Below are positions 9,020 through 17,878 of a stretch of 46,644 nt of DNA, one piece after another (position 1 is the first letter of the stretch; each line of letters starts with the position of its first letter). The notes below the pieces were generated by a model, which saw only the letters and a program-made list of their open reading frames with translations, was not told the origin of the DNA and did not search any database. This DNA comes from Fibrobacterales bacterium. GTDB taxonomy: Bacteria; Fibrobacterota; Fibrobacteria; Fibrobacterales; JAOPTW01. A program made the position numbers and the translations under genes. The stretch spans positions 1 to 46,644 of the forward strand of contig JAOPTX010000064.1 in assembly GCA_051532055.1 (NCBI GenBank), written 5' to 3'.

Positions 9020-10445
9020 CCAAAATTTGATTAACCATGCCTGGGTTTGCTTTACCCTTAGACTGCTTCATGACTTGTCCTACAAAAAATCCTCGAAGCT
9101 TATCCTTACCTGATTTAAACTCGTCAAATTGACCTTGGTTCGCTTCAATAACAGTCATGACGATATCTTTGATTGCGCCTGTGTCAGTTACTTGTACGAG
9201 ATCTTTCTCTTTAATAATTACTTCAGGCATTTTTCCGGATACGATTATTTCTGCAAATACTGTTTTTGCAATTTTACCCGAAATTGTATTTTTATCAATA
9301 AGATTAATCATTTGAGCAAGGTGGTCAGGGGTAACGATGAAGGTATCTATCCCCTCTTTAGCTTCTCGTAACACTTCTGAGATAATCCAGTTTGCAGCTA
9401 ACTTATAGTTTGTTACTTGCTGTGCAACGGAGTCAAAGTAGTGTGCAACTAATTTGTCGGCAATAAGTACTTTGGCATCATAATCACCGAGGCCAAAATC
9501 TTTTTGATAGCGAACATATTTAGCCTCAGGAAGTTCAGGCATTTCATCACGCGCTTTTTGAATCATCTCTTCTGTAATCACGAGACGAACTAAATCAGGT
9601 TCAGGAAAATATTTATAATCTTCAGCATTTTCTTTAGAGCGGAGCATGAGCGTTTTGTTGTTTGCGTCATCCCAGCGTTTCGTACACTGCTCGACCTCTT
9701 TACCTTGAGAGAGTGTGATTTCTTGGAGTTCTATTTCGTAGTTCGATGCTTTCTCTAAGTTAGTAAAAGAATTGAGATTCTTAATTTCTGCTCGGATTCC
9801 TAGAGGGGCGTCTTCCCCTTTTCTAATAGAAACATTTGAGTCTGCACGCAAGTTCCCTTTTTCCATATCGGCATCAGAAACACCTGAGTATTCTAAAATT
9901 TGTTTGAGTTTTTCAAGATATTTAACAGCCTCTTTGGGAGATCGAAGGTCTGGTTCAGTAACAATTTCACACAGAGGTGTACCACAACGATTAGAGTCGA
10001 CATGAGTATCGTCTGCGGTTAGGTCGTGGGTTAATTTACTTGGGTCTTCTTCTAGGTGAATGCGATTAATTCTTATTCTCTTTGTGCTTCCGTCTTCTAG
10101 CTCTATATCGAGATGACCATTTTTACACACCGGCCTATCATAGATAGGAAGACCACCTGTTTGAGTGATCTGATATCCTTTAGGAAGGTCGGGATAGAAA
10201 TAGTTTTTTCGAGTCCACATTGGTTCTGGATCTATTTCACAATTGAGTGCTAGGCCAATTCTAATGGCAAGATTTATCGCTTCTTTATTGGGTATCGGAA
10301 GTGTGCCGGGCATACCAAGACAGACAGGACATACATGGGTATTCGGCTCTGCGCCAAATTCTCTTTTACAGGAGCAAAAAAGCTTTGTTTTAGTGTTTAA
10401 CTGTGTATGAACTTCTAGACCCATAACTGCTGTGTAGGCTGACAT
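9003..10445 (-). CDS. gatB: Asp/Glu-tRNA amidotransferase subunit B
   Basis: GLEVHTQL, TKLFC, RKNYFYPDLPKGYQITQ, EIVTEPD, YKYFPEPDL, GFFVGQVMK. Confidence 0.97.
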   Translation of the reverse strand: MSAYTAVMGLEVHTQLNTKTKLFCSCKREFGAEPNTHVCPVCLGMPGTLPIPNKEAINLAIRIGLALNCEIDPEPMWTRKNYFYPDLPKGYQITQTGGLPIYDRPVCKNGHLDIELEDGSTKRIRINRIHLEEDPSKLTHDLTADDTHVDSNRCGTPLCEIVTEPDLRSPKEAVKYLEKLKQILEYSGVSDADMEKGNLRADSNVSIRKGEDAPLGIRAEIKNLNSFTNLEKASNYEIELQEITLSQGKEVEQCTKRWDDANNKTLMLRSKENAEDYKYFPEPDLVRLVITEEMIQKARDEMPELPEAKYVRYQKDFGLGDYDAKVLIADKLVAHYFDSVAQQVTNYKLAANWIISEVLREAKEGIDTFIVTPDHLAQMINLIDKNTISGKIAKTVFAEIIVSGKMPEVIIKEKDLVQVTDTGAIKDIVMTVIEANQGQFDEFKSGKDKLRGFFVGQVMKQSKGKANPGMVNQILDELIA

Positions 10446-10573
10446 AGTGATAATCTCTTGAAAAGCGTTTAATTTGCTATAAAAATATTAAATAAACGCC
10501 GTTTTGAGCAGATTATCATGAAATAATAGAGTCTAGTATTTAAATTTGTCTCCATGAAAACAAAGAGGTATCC

Positions 10574-11290
10574 ATGGATAAGATAGAACTGCCCACCGGT
10601 TTAGAACACTACGAATTTGTTCGTTCTTTTGAGGCTTCCGAAAAAAATGATCACGTCTATGCTTTTGCACCTATTTTGTTAGAGGGGACTTTTACCCCTC
10701 AAATGACCAAAGATAACAAGCCTGACTGGCAAGAATGGAGTTGGGATACGGTTTTTTCCGATGATAAACCCATAGAGCTAGAGATTGGTTCGGGTAAAGG
10801 TGGCTTCATGATTGAGTATTCTCAGCTTAAGCCCGAAATAAATATCATGGGCTCTGAGTGGGACGGCACCTGGGCTAATTACAGCGCTGAACGTATTAGA
10901 AAAAACCACATCACTAATGCTGCTATGCTGAAAGGTGATGTCCTATTTTTCCTAAGAGATCGTGTACCTTCAAATTCCATTTCAGCCTTTCATATGTATT
11001 TTCCTGATCCATGGCCTAAGAAAAAGCATAACAAAAATCGAACTATGCTTAAACCAGAATTTTTGGAAAGTATTCAACGTACTGCGGTAGAGGGTGGGTG
11101 TCTTTTTTATTGGGGAACTGATCATCAAGAATATAACGAGCTTGCGCAAGAACATTTTGCAGCAACACCTTTTGTTGAGGTATTAGAACCAAACGCCGAA
11201 CCTACCTGTGGAATCATGACTAATTTTGAGAAAAAATATAGAGTTGAAGGGCGGCCGATATACCGCTCTGTTTTAAAAATTCATAAGTAA
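10574..11290 (+). CDS. trmB: tRNA (guanine-N7)-methyltransferase
   Basis: LEIGSGKG, FPDPWPKKKH, TDH, TNFEKKY. Confidence 0.92.
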   Translation: MDKIELPTGLEHYEFVRSFEASEKNDHVYAFAPILLEGTFTPQMTKDNKPDWQEWSWDTVFSDDKPIELEIGSGKGGFMIEYSQLKPEINIMGSEWDGTWANYSAERIRKNHITNAAMLKGDVLFFLRDRVPSNSISAFHMYFPDPWPKKKHNKNRTMLKPEFLESIQRTAVEGGCLFYWGTDHQEYNELAQEHFAATPFVEVLEPNAEPTCGIMTNFEKKYRVEGRPIYRSVLKIHK

Positions 11291-11303
11291 TTAGAGAATT
11301 TCC

Positions 11304-12125
11304 CTATTTTATATTCAACGAGAGGGAGCCAAGAAGTGAACGTATTCTGCTCCTCTTCTTTATGGTTTTAACCCTCTTGAGGACTGAAATATTTTTTCTG
11401 AGGGTTGTTGCGTGCCATTCAATCCATTTCGAGTAGAATTGATATTTTCTTTCTGCATCTTTAAATATTTTAGAATGCACAACACGGCGTCCAGTTGGAG
11501 TAATCGTTGGAGGTATTGCTATGTGGAGCATTTCATGATATATTACCCCTTTAATTGCATATGTTGGACAATTGGCATGATCATACCCCTTAGAGATAGA
11601 GATAAAATGATAGGGTTCTCCGTCTACCCCAATTTTAGTAGTATGGAAGGAAGTACCCCCTACCCTACTTGCCCAACCAATATCGGCACTCAGTGCTCCT
11701 GAAAAATACTCTGTATTGACTTCGTTAAAGAGGACTACAAGGTTATGGGTGGTACCTTGAGTAACTCGTTTTTTTCTTTTTCTTGTTGGGGAAGATTGGC
11801 CTTTTGATCTAAAGAGTTTTTCGAGCTCAAAAAATATTTCGCCTTCAATTGTACGTCTTTGAAGCGACTTTTTACCACCGCGTTTGTAACAGAGTAATGA
11901 CCATTCTTTAAACTTGTGCCTCAAACTCACTGGGCCTTGTTGAACTATCGCTGGCACTCTCACCAGGTAGTTATTCCCTTTCTGTATTCCTTTCCAGCTC
12001 TGTTTCATGCGGGCGGAATATTGAAACTCAATTCCTGTTGGTTCAATAGCATCAGTCAATGGTGTCTTTTTGGGTGGTTGATCAAAAAGAGATAATTGCG
12101 CGTTGATTTTAGAAAGCGTCTTCAT
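11304..12125 (-). CDS. SprT/YgjP-like zinc metallopeptidase domain protein
   Basis: FNEVNTEYF...W, VIYHEMLH zinc motif, downstream HSKIFK; very basic. Confidence 0.7.
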   Translation of the reverse strand: MKTLSKINAQLSLFDQPPKKTPLTDAIEPTGIEFQYSARMKQSWKGIQKGNNYLVRVPAIVQQGPVSLRHKFKEWSLLCYKRGGKKSLQRRTIEGEIFFELEKLFRSKGQSSPTRKRKKRVTQGTTHNLVVLFNEVNTEYFSGALSADIGWASRVGGTSFHTTKIGVDGEPYHFISISKGYDHANCPTYAIKGVIYHEMLHIAIPPTITPTGRRVVHSKIFKDAERKYQFYSKWIEWHATTLRKNISVLKRVKTIKKRSRIRSLLGSLSLNIK

Positions 12126-12864
12126 GAGTATTGAGCTCTATGAGTCCTGAGAAAAGTCCATTGGGCAAGTTGAGTGAGTCGAAGCATTCCGAGACTTGAC
12201 AGATGAGTTCTTCTGTTTGATCAGGAAGGTAGACAATAAAGTTTTTATTATCTTTGGTGTTTATCTTTTCTGATGTGCAAAATTGTTCGTGAGAAAGTGA
12301 TAAATACATACGGCAGGTTGTAGGCCGAATTGAGTAAACCCCACATGATCCTTCGCTATTATTGAAGGTGCATTTATAGTGTTTGGCAAAATAATGACCT
12401 AAAGCGTGTTCTTCGATGTTATCTATTTCTTTATCTGAAAGAGAGTCAAGGTCAATTGAGTCGCTGAGTGATCTATGAATAGTACTGAATGCAGCATGAT
12501 TTTCAAAACAACCAGTGATGTAATCGAGAAGTGTATCGTTTTCACGTAAATGAAAATAAAAATAGATGAGCTCAAATGGCTCAATTGTCATTGGGTAATG
12601 ATCACAGCAATTCGAACAAGCGGCTTTACAGGTGATGGGAGAATCTTGCTGTTTTATAATTTCATCAGTATATTGGTCAAAAAGAGAATGATACTTTTCA
12701 ATGAAAGGAAGGAGTGTTCCATAAAGAGATGGAACATGGGTAAAGTCCATACAATTGTCAGGAAATTTAGATTCCAAAAGATTGAGTAGTTCTTTTAATG
12801 TAGCGTTAAGCTTTAATTCAATCGATTTAAGCTTTTTAGTTGGTAAATGGGTCATATCAGGCAT
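12109..12864 (-). CDS. YkgJ family cysteine-cluster (Zn/Fe-chelating) protein
   Basis: CKAACSNCC ... CTF ... CGVYSIRPTTCR. Confidence 0.85.
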   Translation of the reverse strand: MPDMTHLPTKKLKSIELKLNATLKELLNLLESKFPDNCMDFTHVPSLYGTLLPFIEKYHSLFDQYTDEIIKQQDSPITCKAACSNCCDHYPMTIEPFELIYFYFHLRENDTLLDYITGCFENHAAFSTIHRSLSDSIDLDSLSDKEIDNIEEHALGHYFAKHYKCTFNNSEGSCGVYSIRPTTCRMYLSLSHEQFCTSEKINTKDNKNFIVYLPDQTEELICQVSECFDSLNLPNGLFSGLIELNTHEDAF

Positions 12865-12931
12865 GGTGTAAATGTAGTTATTGCATTATGAAAAATTAAA
12901 AATGAATAAATTTTATATTAGTTTGTCAAAG

Positions 12932-12947
12932 TGTGATATCTATCACG
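12932..12947. promoter_or_regulatory. CRP/FNR-family-like binding site
   Basis: TGTGA-N6-TCACG (9/10 match to TGTGA-N6-TCACA) in a divergent intergenic region. Confidence 0.45.
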
Positions 12948-13161
12948 TGTTTTTAAAGAAAACCAAGGTATATTTAGACGCTTTAAAGTGCTCACAAGTT
13001 GTGAACATTATTGAGGCTATTCTAGATATATACTCAGGTTTTCGGCCTAAAATTATGTAGAATTATACAAGTGACTGTTACTTTTTGTTTACATACCGCT
13101 ATTTAACAATGGTTAATGATATATTAAACTTTTTACAACTTTGCTTAACATGGGGAACCAA

Positions 13162-14058
13162 ATGAAAGTATATGTAATTTCGACTTTGATGAGTGTAATC
13201 TTATTAGCTTGTGCCGCTCCGTATGAACCAGAAAAGGATGAGGCAACCTCTATTGCTTCAGAAAGCTATTCTTATCCTGAATTTTCATGGTCGAGCGGCG
13301 ATGTACAGTATTCGGGGACAGGAAATGGTCCAATTGGTGATTACTCATCAGCTGAAGAATTTATGCCTAACGAAGAGATGGTCTCCTCGTCATCAGGCTA
13401 TGTTGTAGCATCCTATTTTAATCCTCCAGTTATACCAGGGATGAGTTCCTATGATGTGGCTTATATTGATTCGCTTCTTAAGGCAATAGGTGGAGAGTCA
13501 TCCTCAGATATAGAATTACCTACTTCATCACCAGTAGTTTCTCAGTCCTCAAATAATACAAGTGGAGGTGAGACGGTAACGACAGGCGACTCTAGTCAAA
13601 GTACTGGTGGTACTTCTGGTGGAACGACTACGGATCCATCGTCAAACACACAAACCCCAACTACTGGAGGTGACCCACAATCCCATTCAGGCACAAGCTC
13701 TGCAGATGGACTCCCCGGAGTAAGTAGTCTCTTTGATACCTATGCCGATCTTTTAAATACATTTAAAGACGACAACACTTACCTTAAATTAATGGAACAA
13801 GCATTTTTAGACGGTGATGATCAACTAGCCGAAACCGTTTATGAATATATGATGAAAGAGCCAGAATATTTAGAGCAGATGCAGGAATTACAATTGAATG
13901 TTCTTCAAGATACTGACTTGATAACAAGTGTTGCAAATGCTTACATACAGAATCCAGAAGCTATTGATGTCAGCAACATTCTAACCGAGCAAGGTATTAT
14001 TGATCCATTAGATCAATTCTTAATAACACAATACCTTAATGTTCTTTTGAAAAATTAG
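13162..14058 (+). CDS. Ser/Thr/Gly-rich lipoprotein with acidic helical C-terminal domain
   Basis: MKVYV...LLAC lipobox; low-complexity linker. Confidence 0.75.
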   Translation: MKVYVISTLMSVILLACAAPYEPEKDEATSIASESYSYPEFSWSSGDVQYSGTGNGPIGDYSSAEEFMPNEEMVSSSSGYVVASYFNPPVIPGMSSYDVAYIDSLLKAIGGESSSDIELPTSSPVVSQSSNNTSGGETVTTGDSSQSTGGTSGGTTTDPSSNTQTPTTGGDPQSHSGTSSADGLPGVSSLFDTYADLLNTFKDDNTYLKLMEQAFLDGDDQLAETVYEYMMKEPEYLEQMQELQLNVLQDTDLITSVANAYIQNPEAIDVSNILTEQGIIDPLDQFLITQYLNVLLKN

Positions 14059-14117
14059 TTACAAGCTGTTTCTTTATTGTTTTTGTCCTAAAAGAACTTC
14101 TAAAAATATCAATATTT

Positions 14118-14149
14118 GGGCTCCTATAGCAATATGGGAGCCCTTTTTT
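14118..14149 (+). terminator. Rho-independent terminator
   Basis: gggctcc...ggagccc followed by T6. Confidence 0.8.
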
Positions 14150-14189
14150 GATTTAACTCCATTTTTTTAAAATTTGACAGACTATACAG

Positions 14190-14227
14190 TTGAAATTGCC
14201 TCAAAGTTGTGATACAATAATTTCACA
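14190..14227 (+). promoter_or_regulatory. Sigma70 promoter with an inverted repeat straddling the -10
   Basis: TTGAAA-N17-TACAAT with TGn; TGTGA(14208-14212)-N10-TCACA(14223-14227). Confidence 0.55.
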
Positions 14228-14247
14228 TAATTATAGAGGCTCTCACG

Positions 14248-15627
14248 ATGAAACTATCCATTATACGAGTGTTTGCGATATTCGTATCTGCCGTTGCCCT
14301 GCTCCTAGGGTGTAATAACATCTTTAATCCTTCAGGGGAAGGAGATGTAGACGATTCTAGTACTGATGGTAAAATCAGTTATGTGAACACCCTTATCTAT
14401 GCTGAGAAATATGATGAGGCACTTTCTGAGATTAACAAAATATTAGCCAATGATTCTACTGTATCAGAGGCTTATTATTTAAAGTGTAAGGCCTTGGTAC
14501 GTAAAGACACTATCAACCTGCAGATCTTTGCTGATATTGGTATGATCTTTCTTGATGACCCAGTGGATGAATCTGCAACTGAAACTCCAAATAGCATAGA
14601 GTCTGTTACTAATAACCCTATTATTTCAGCTGCTAAAAAACTTGATTCAATTGTTACCGCAAAAGGGGTGTTTTTAGAGGTGATGGATTCTTTGGACCAT
14701 ATCATATCGGTTTGGACACCAAAAGATTCATTGACTCGGCTTTATAATCAAATGAATGCCCTTGAAAACCCACTCACGTATCAGGTTCCTGTACCAGAAG
14801 GTACCAATGCTCCAGATTCAGCATTGTATGTATTTATTCAAGGCTATAATAATGCAGATTCTCTGGCGACATTCCCTCGGTCCGATTTAAAAGAGAATTC
14901 AGGTCAGCTAAAGATCACGCGTCTTGTTTCTGATCAAATCACTAAATATTCAAAAGTTCTTGATTTGATTCCAGATATTGGGGATATTGAAAATCTTGTT
15001 GAAGGGGTCACGGCGGGTGAACTTGATATTAGTATTATAGGTGACATGGATTCTGCAGCAACAGATACTGCTTACAGAAACGAACTGAATGAAAAAATTG
15101 CAAATGCTCAAAACAGTATGGATCAATTGGATATTTCGAGTTTCCTTGGTGATTTTACGGGAGAAAGTGAAACGGGAACTGATGATACATTAACACAAGA
15201 TCAACAGAATGCAGATGTATCTGCTTTTGCTGACGTTCTCATCTTTTATAGAATCCAAGATCAAAAAGATAATGATGGTGATGGGTGTATAGACGAAGAG
15301 ATTCGTGATGATATTGATAATGATGGCGATGGCTTTGTTGATGAAGATGTGCGTCTTACAGATACAGATCTCTTTGATAATGACCAAAACGGTAGTATGG
15401 ATCTCTTGGATGGTAATGAGGGTATTGCAAGTGGTGACACGTCTCTTACATGGTTGGGCTATGTGTACGATTCAAATACTGAAACCTTGGATACTTTGTT
15501 TTGGGGCGATAGAGCAACAGACAAAGCCTTTAAAATTGAGGTAGCGCTCGATTCATTAAAAGAAATTCCACTTGAAACATTGCAGCTCCATATGGGTGGA
15601 TGTTGGAACAACTACACAACCAGGTAA
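14248..15627 (+). CDS. Lipoprotein with N-terminal TPR-like helices and C-terminal DNDGDG Ca-binding repeats
   Basis: LLLGC lipobox; YDEALSEINKILANDSTVSEAYYLK; DNDGDGCIDEE, DNDGDGFVDED, DNDQNG. Confidence 0.8.
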   Translation: MKLSIIRVFAIFVSAVALLLGCNNIFNPSGEGDVDDSSTDGKISYVNTLIYAEKYDEALSEINKILANDSTVSEAYYLKCKALVRKDTINLQIFADIGMIFLDDPVDESATETPNSIESVTNNPIISAAKKLDSIVTAKGVFLEVMDSLDHIISVWTPKDSLTRLYNQMNALENPLTYQVPVPEGTNAPDSALYVFIQGYNNADSLATFPRSDLKENSGQLKITRLVSDQITKYSKVLDLIPDIGDIENLVEGVTAGELDISIIGDMDSAATDTAYRNELNEKIANAQNSMDQLDISSFLGDFTGESETGTDDTLTQDQQNADVSAFADVLIFYRIQDQKDNDGDGCIDEEIRDDIDNDGDGFVDEDVRLTDTDLFDNDQNGSMDLLDGNEGIASGDTSLTWLGYVYDSNTETLDTLFWGDRATDKAFKIEVALDSLKEIPLETLQLHMGGCWNNYTTR

Positions 15628-15632
15628 TTACT

Positions 15633-16913
15633 ATGAATAAAAAAATTATATTAATCGTTTTAGCGATAAGTGTGAGCCTGGTATTCGCAAGAAAAGGCCC
15701 ACAAAAAAGAGCACTGAGGGCACTCAGTATGGGTAATGCTTTCGTTGCAGTTGCAGAAGATTACAATGCTGTGTATTATAATCCAGCAGGCCTCAATAAT
15801 ATGAATAAGTTGGGGAATTACGATAAAAGACCTGACCTTGGATATTATGCTGATAACTGGCTGGATTTTAGGCCCTTTACCCTTCGGATTTCAACATTCG
15901 ATGTACTTGGACTCTATGGTGACATCAAAGGATATTATGATAAGCATGGGGATACTTGGAGTGGGGTCAGTGGTGACGGTACCGAAAAAGAGAAACTTGC
16001 GACTGTAAGAGATGATGCTGGACTTATTAGTGACCTCTATTTTATTGATGGGATCCCTATGGGGCTCGGTATACAGATGTCATTAGTCGAAATGGCTTTT
16101 CATAATTTTGGAATTGGCATGTGGACATCACTTGATGGTTCGATGTATATAGATCCAGGAGTTATTGTCCCAGCAGCTGGGGTTAATCAAATTACTGCAC
16201 AGGCTGGCGCTCAAGTTGCTATGGCAGTAGAGTGGCCATGGCATCGAAACGTTTCGATTGGTATTGGCTTTAAAGCAATTGCTGAGCTTGTTCAAGAGCC
16301 CTTTAAACTGAGTATGGCAGAAGTCGACTTAAATAACCCAGGTGATTCCCCTGCAATGGATAGCTTAACAGAGCGCTTTAATCAGGTTATCGATGATGTT
16401 GGAAAGCTACAAGAAACTGTGGGATATGCTATCGATATTGGGGCAATGTATCAATTTAAGCGAACAATCCGTTTTGGCCTTGCTATTCAAGATATTTATT
16501 TTAGTGAGTTTAATGAGGAATCAGTCACCCCCGATGTAACTCTTGGTGTTGTATGGTCTCCACGAAAATTGCAAAAAAACACAGCCTACGCACGGAAAAT
16601 CAATCTTGCATGTGATTTAGAAGACGTTATTAATGCAGATCGTAGTTACAAGCCTTTAAGCAAAATAAATATTGGTGCTGAAATTGAGCAAGTATTGGTG
16701 GCAATACCGTCAGTCACTTTAGGGAGCAATTGGCGTGCATTAAAAGGTCGTCTAGCAGGGGGTTTTAAAGGTGGTTATTGGACTGCTGGTATTGGGCTAG
16801 AAGTTCTAAGATTTGTTGATATACAGGCCGCTTCGTGGGCAGATGAAGCAGGTTATTTTACCGGTCAAAAAGAGGATAGAAAATATGCTGTGGAATTTAG
16901 TGTAGGGTTTTAA
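15633..16913 (+). CDS. Outer-membrane beta-barrel, FadL/PorV/TraF-like
   Basis: RALSMGNAFVAVAEDYNAVYYNPAGL N-terminal motif; C-terminal beta-signal YAVEFSVGF; start MNKK. Confidence 0.8.
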   Translation: MNKKIILIVLAISVSLVFARKGPQKRALRALSMGNAFVAVAEDYNAVYYNPAGLNNMNKLGNYDKRPDLGYYADNWLDFRPFTLRISTFDVLGLYGDIKGYYDKHGDTWSGVSGDGTEKEKLATVRDDAGLISDLYFIDGIPMGLGIQMSLVEMAFHNFGIGMWTSLDGSMYIDPGVIVPAAGVNQITAQAGAQVAMAVEWPWHRNVSIGIGFKAIAELVQEPFKLSMAEVDLNNPGDSPAMDSLTERFNQVIDDVGKLQETVGYAIDIGAMYQFKRTIRFGLAIQDIYFSEFNEESVTPDVTLGVVWSPRKLQKNTAYARKINLACDLEDVINADRSYKPLSKINIGAEIEQVLVAIPSVTLGSNWRALKGRLAGGFKGGYWTAGIGLEVLRFVDIQAASWADEAGYFTGQKEDRKYAVEFSVGF

Positions 16914-16942
16914 TTCAACAGCAGCCCCTATTCTTATTGTTT

Positions 16943-16977
16943 AAAGCCAGAATTTTTAAAATTCTGGCTTTTTTTTT
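16943..16977 (+). terminator. Rho-independent terminator
   Basis: aaagccagaattt/aaattctggcttt followed by a long T-run. Confidence 0.85.
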
Positions 16978-17105
16978 GGAAAATTAAATTTTAAATCATT
17001 TACAGTTCTCACTTTTAAAACGCTGTACAACTGATTTTAAATTAACTAGTTTTGTATAATCATTTGTTTTACAAAGACTTATAACAGTTCTCCCACGGTG
17101 TAGTA

Positions 17106-17426
17106 ATGAGTAATGTTACAAAAAAAGATATAGTTGAAGAAATAGCGATGCGTACCGGTATGACTCAGGTTGATACTAAAATTGTGATTGAGTGTTTTTT
17201 AGATTCAATTGCAAACGCAATGGTGGGTAGAAACAATATTGAAATTCGAGGCTTTGGCCGGTTCAAAATCAAAGAGAAAAAAGCAAGAATTGCACGTAAT
17301 CCAAGAACAGGTGAACCTGTTCAGGTTGAAGCGGGTGTAAAACCAGTATTTGAAGCGAGTAAAGATCTCAAAAAATATCTAAACGAAAATGTTGTTGGTC
17401 TAGATCTTGAGGATGGTGCTGAGTAA
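17106..17426 (+). CDS. HU/IHF family DNA-binding protein (IHF-beta-like)
   Basis: TKKDIV, IEIRGFGRF, ARNPRTGE. Confidence 0.93.
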   Translation: MSNVTKKDIVEEIAMRTGMTQVDTKIVIECFLDSIANAMVGRNNIEIRGFGRFKIKEKKARIARNPRTGEPVQVEAGVKPVFEASKDLKKYLNENVVGLDLEDGAE

Positions 17427-17878
17427 TGGCACAAGCCCCAACCATTCAAAACCGAAAAGCACGACACGAGTTTTTTGTCCTAGAGACCTATGAAGTGGGT
17501 ATTGTTCTTACTGGAACCGAAGTTAAATCAATTCGACTTGGCAAAGTAGTTATTGGAGATTCCTATGTAGAAATTTCTTCTAAAATGGAGTTGTTTCTTA
17601 TTAACTCTAGTATTGAAGAGTACCTTCAGGGAAATCGTTACAATCACAACCCAATTCGTAAGCGTAAATTGTTGGCTCATAAGCATGAAATTGAGAAAAT
17701 GCATAAAGCCAAAGAACAAAAGGGCCTTACCATAATACCCTTAAAATTGTATTTTAAAAAAGGTAAAGTAAAGTTCGAAATTGGGGTCTGTCGGGGTAAA
17801 AATACTGTTGATAAACGCCAAACGTTAAAAGAGCGAGATCAAAAACGGGAAGCCCAGCGTGCTATTAAGCAGTATTAA
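17426..17878 (+). CDS. smpB: SsrA-binding protein
   Basis: NRKARHEF, GIVLTGTEVKSIR, RKRKLL, DKRQ. Confidence 0.97.
   Translation: MAQAPTIQNRKARHEFFVLETYEVGIVLTGTEVKSIRLGKVVIGDSYVEISSKMELFLINSSIEEYLQGNRYNHNPIRKRKLLAHKHEIEKMHKAKEQKGLTIIPLKLYFKKGKVKFEIGVCRGKNTVDKRQTLKERDQKREAQRAIKQY

Noticed and set aside
10554..10586. 10-codon upstream ORF (MKTKRYPWIR) overlapping the trmB start
   Set aside because: trmB has its own AGAGG SD and the short ORF is easily explained by chance.
15633..16913. Conjugative element implied by the TraF-like barrel
   Set aside because: No relaxase, T4SS ATPase, integrase or att sites; the gene is flanked by housekeeping genes.
16980..17105. tmRNA or another ncRNA near smpB
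   Set aside because: The region is short and AT-rich, with no tRNA-like ends.
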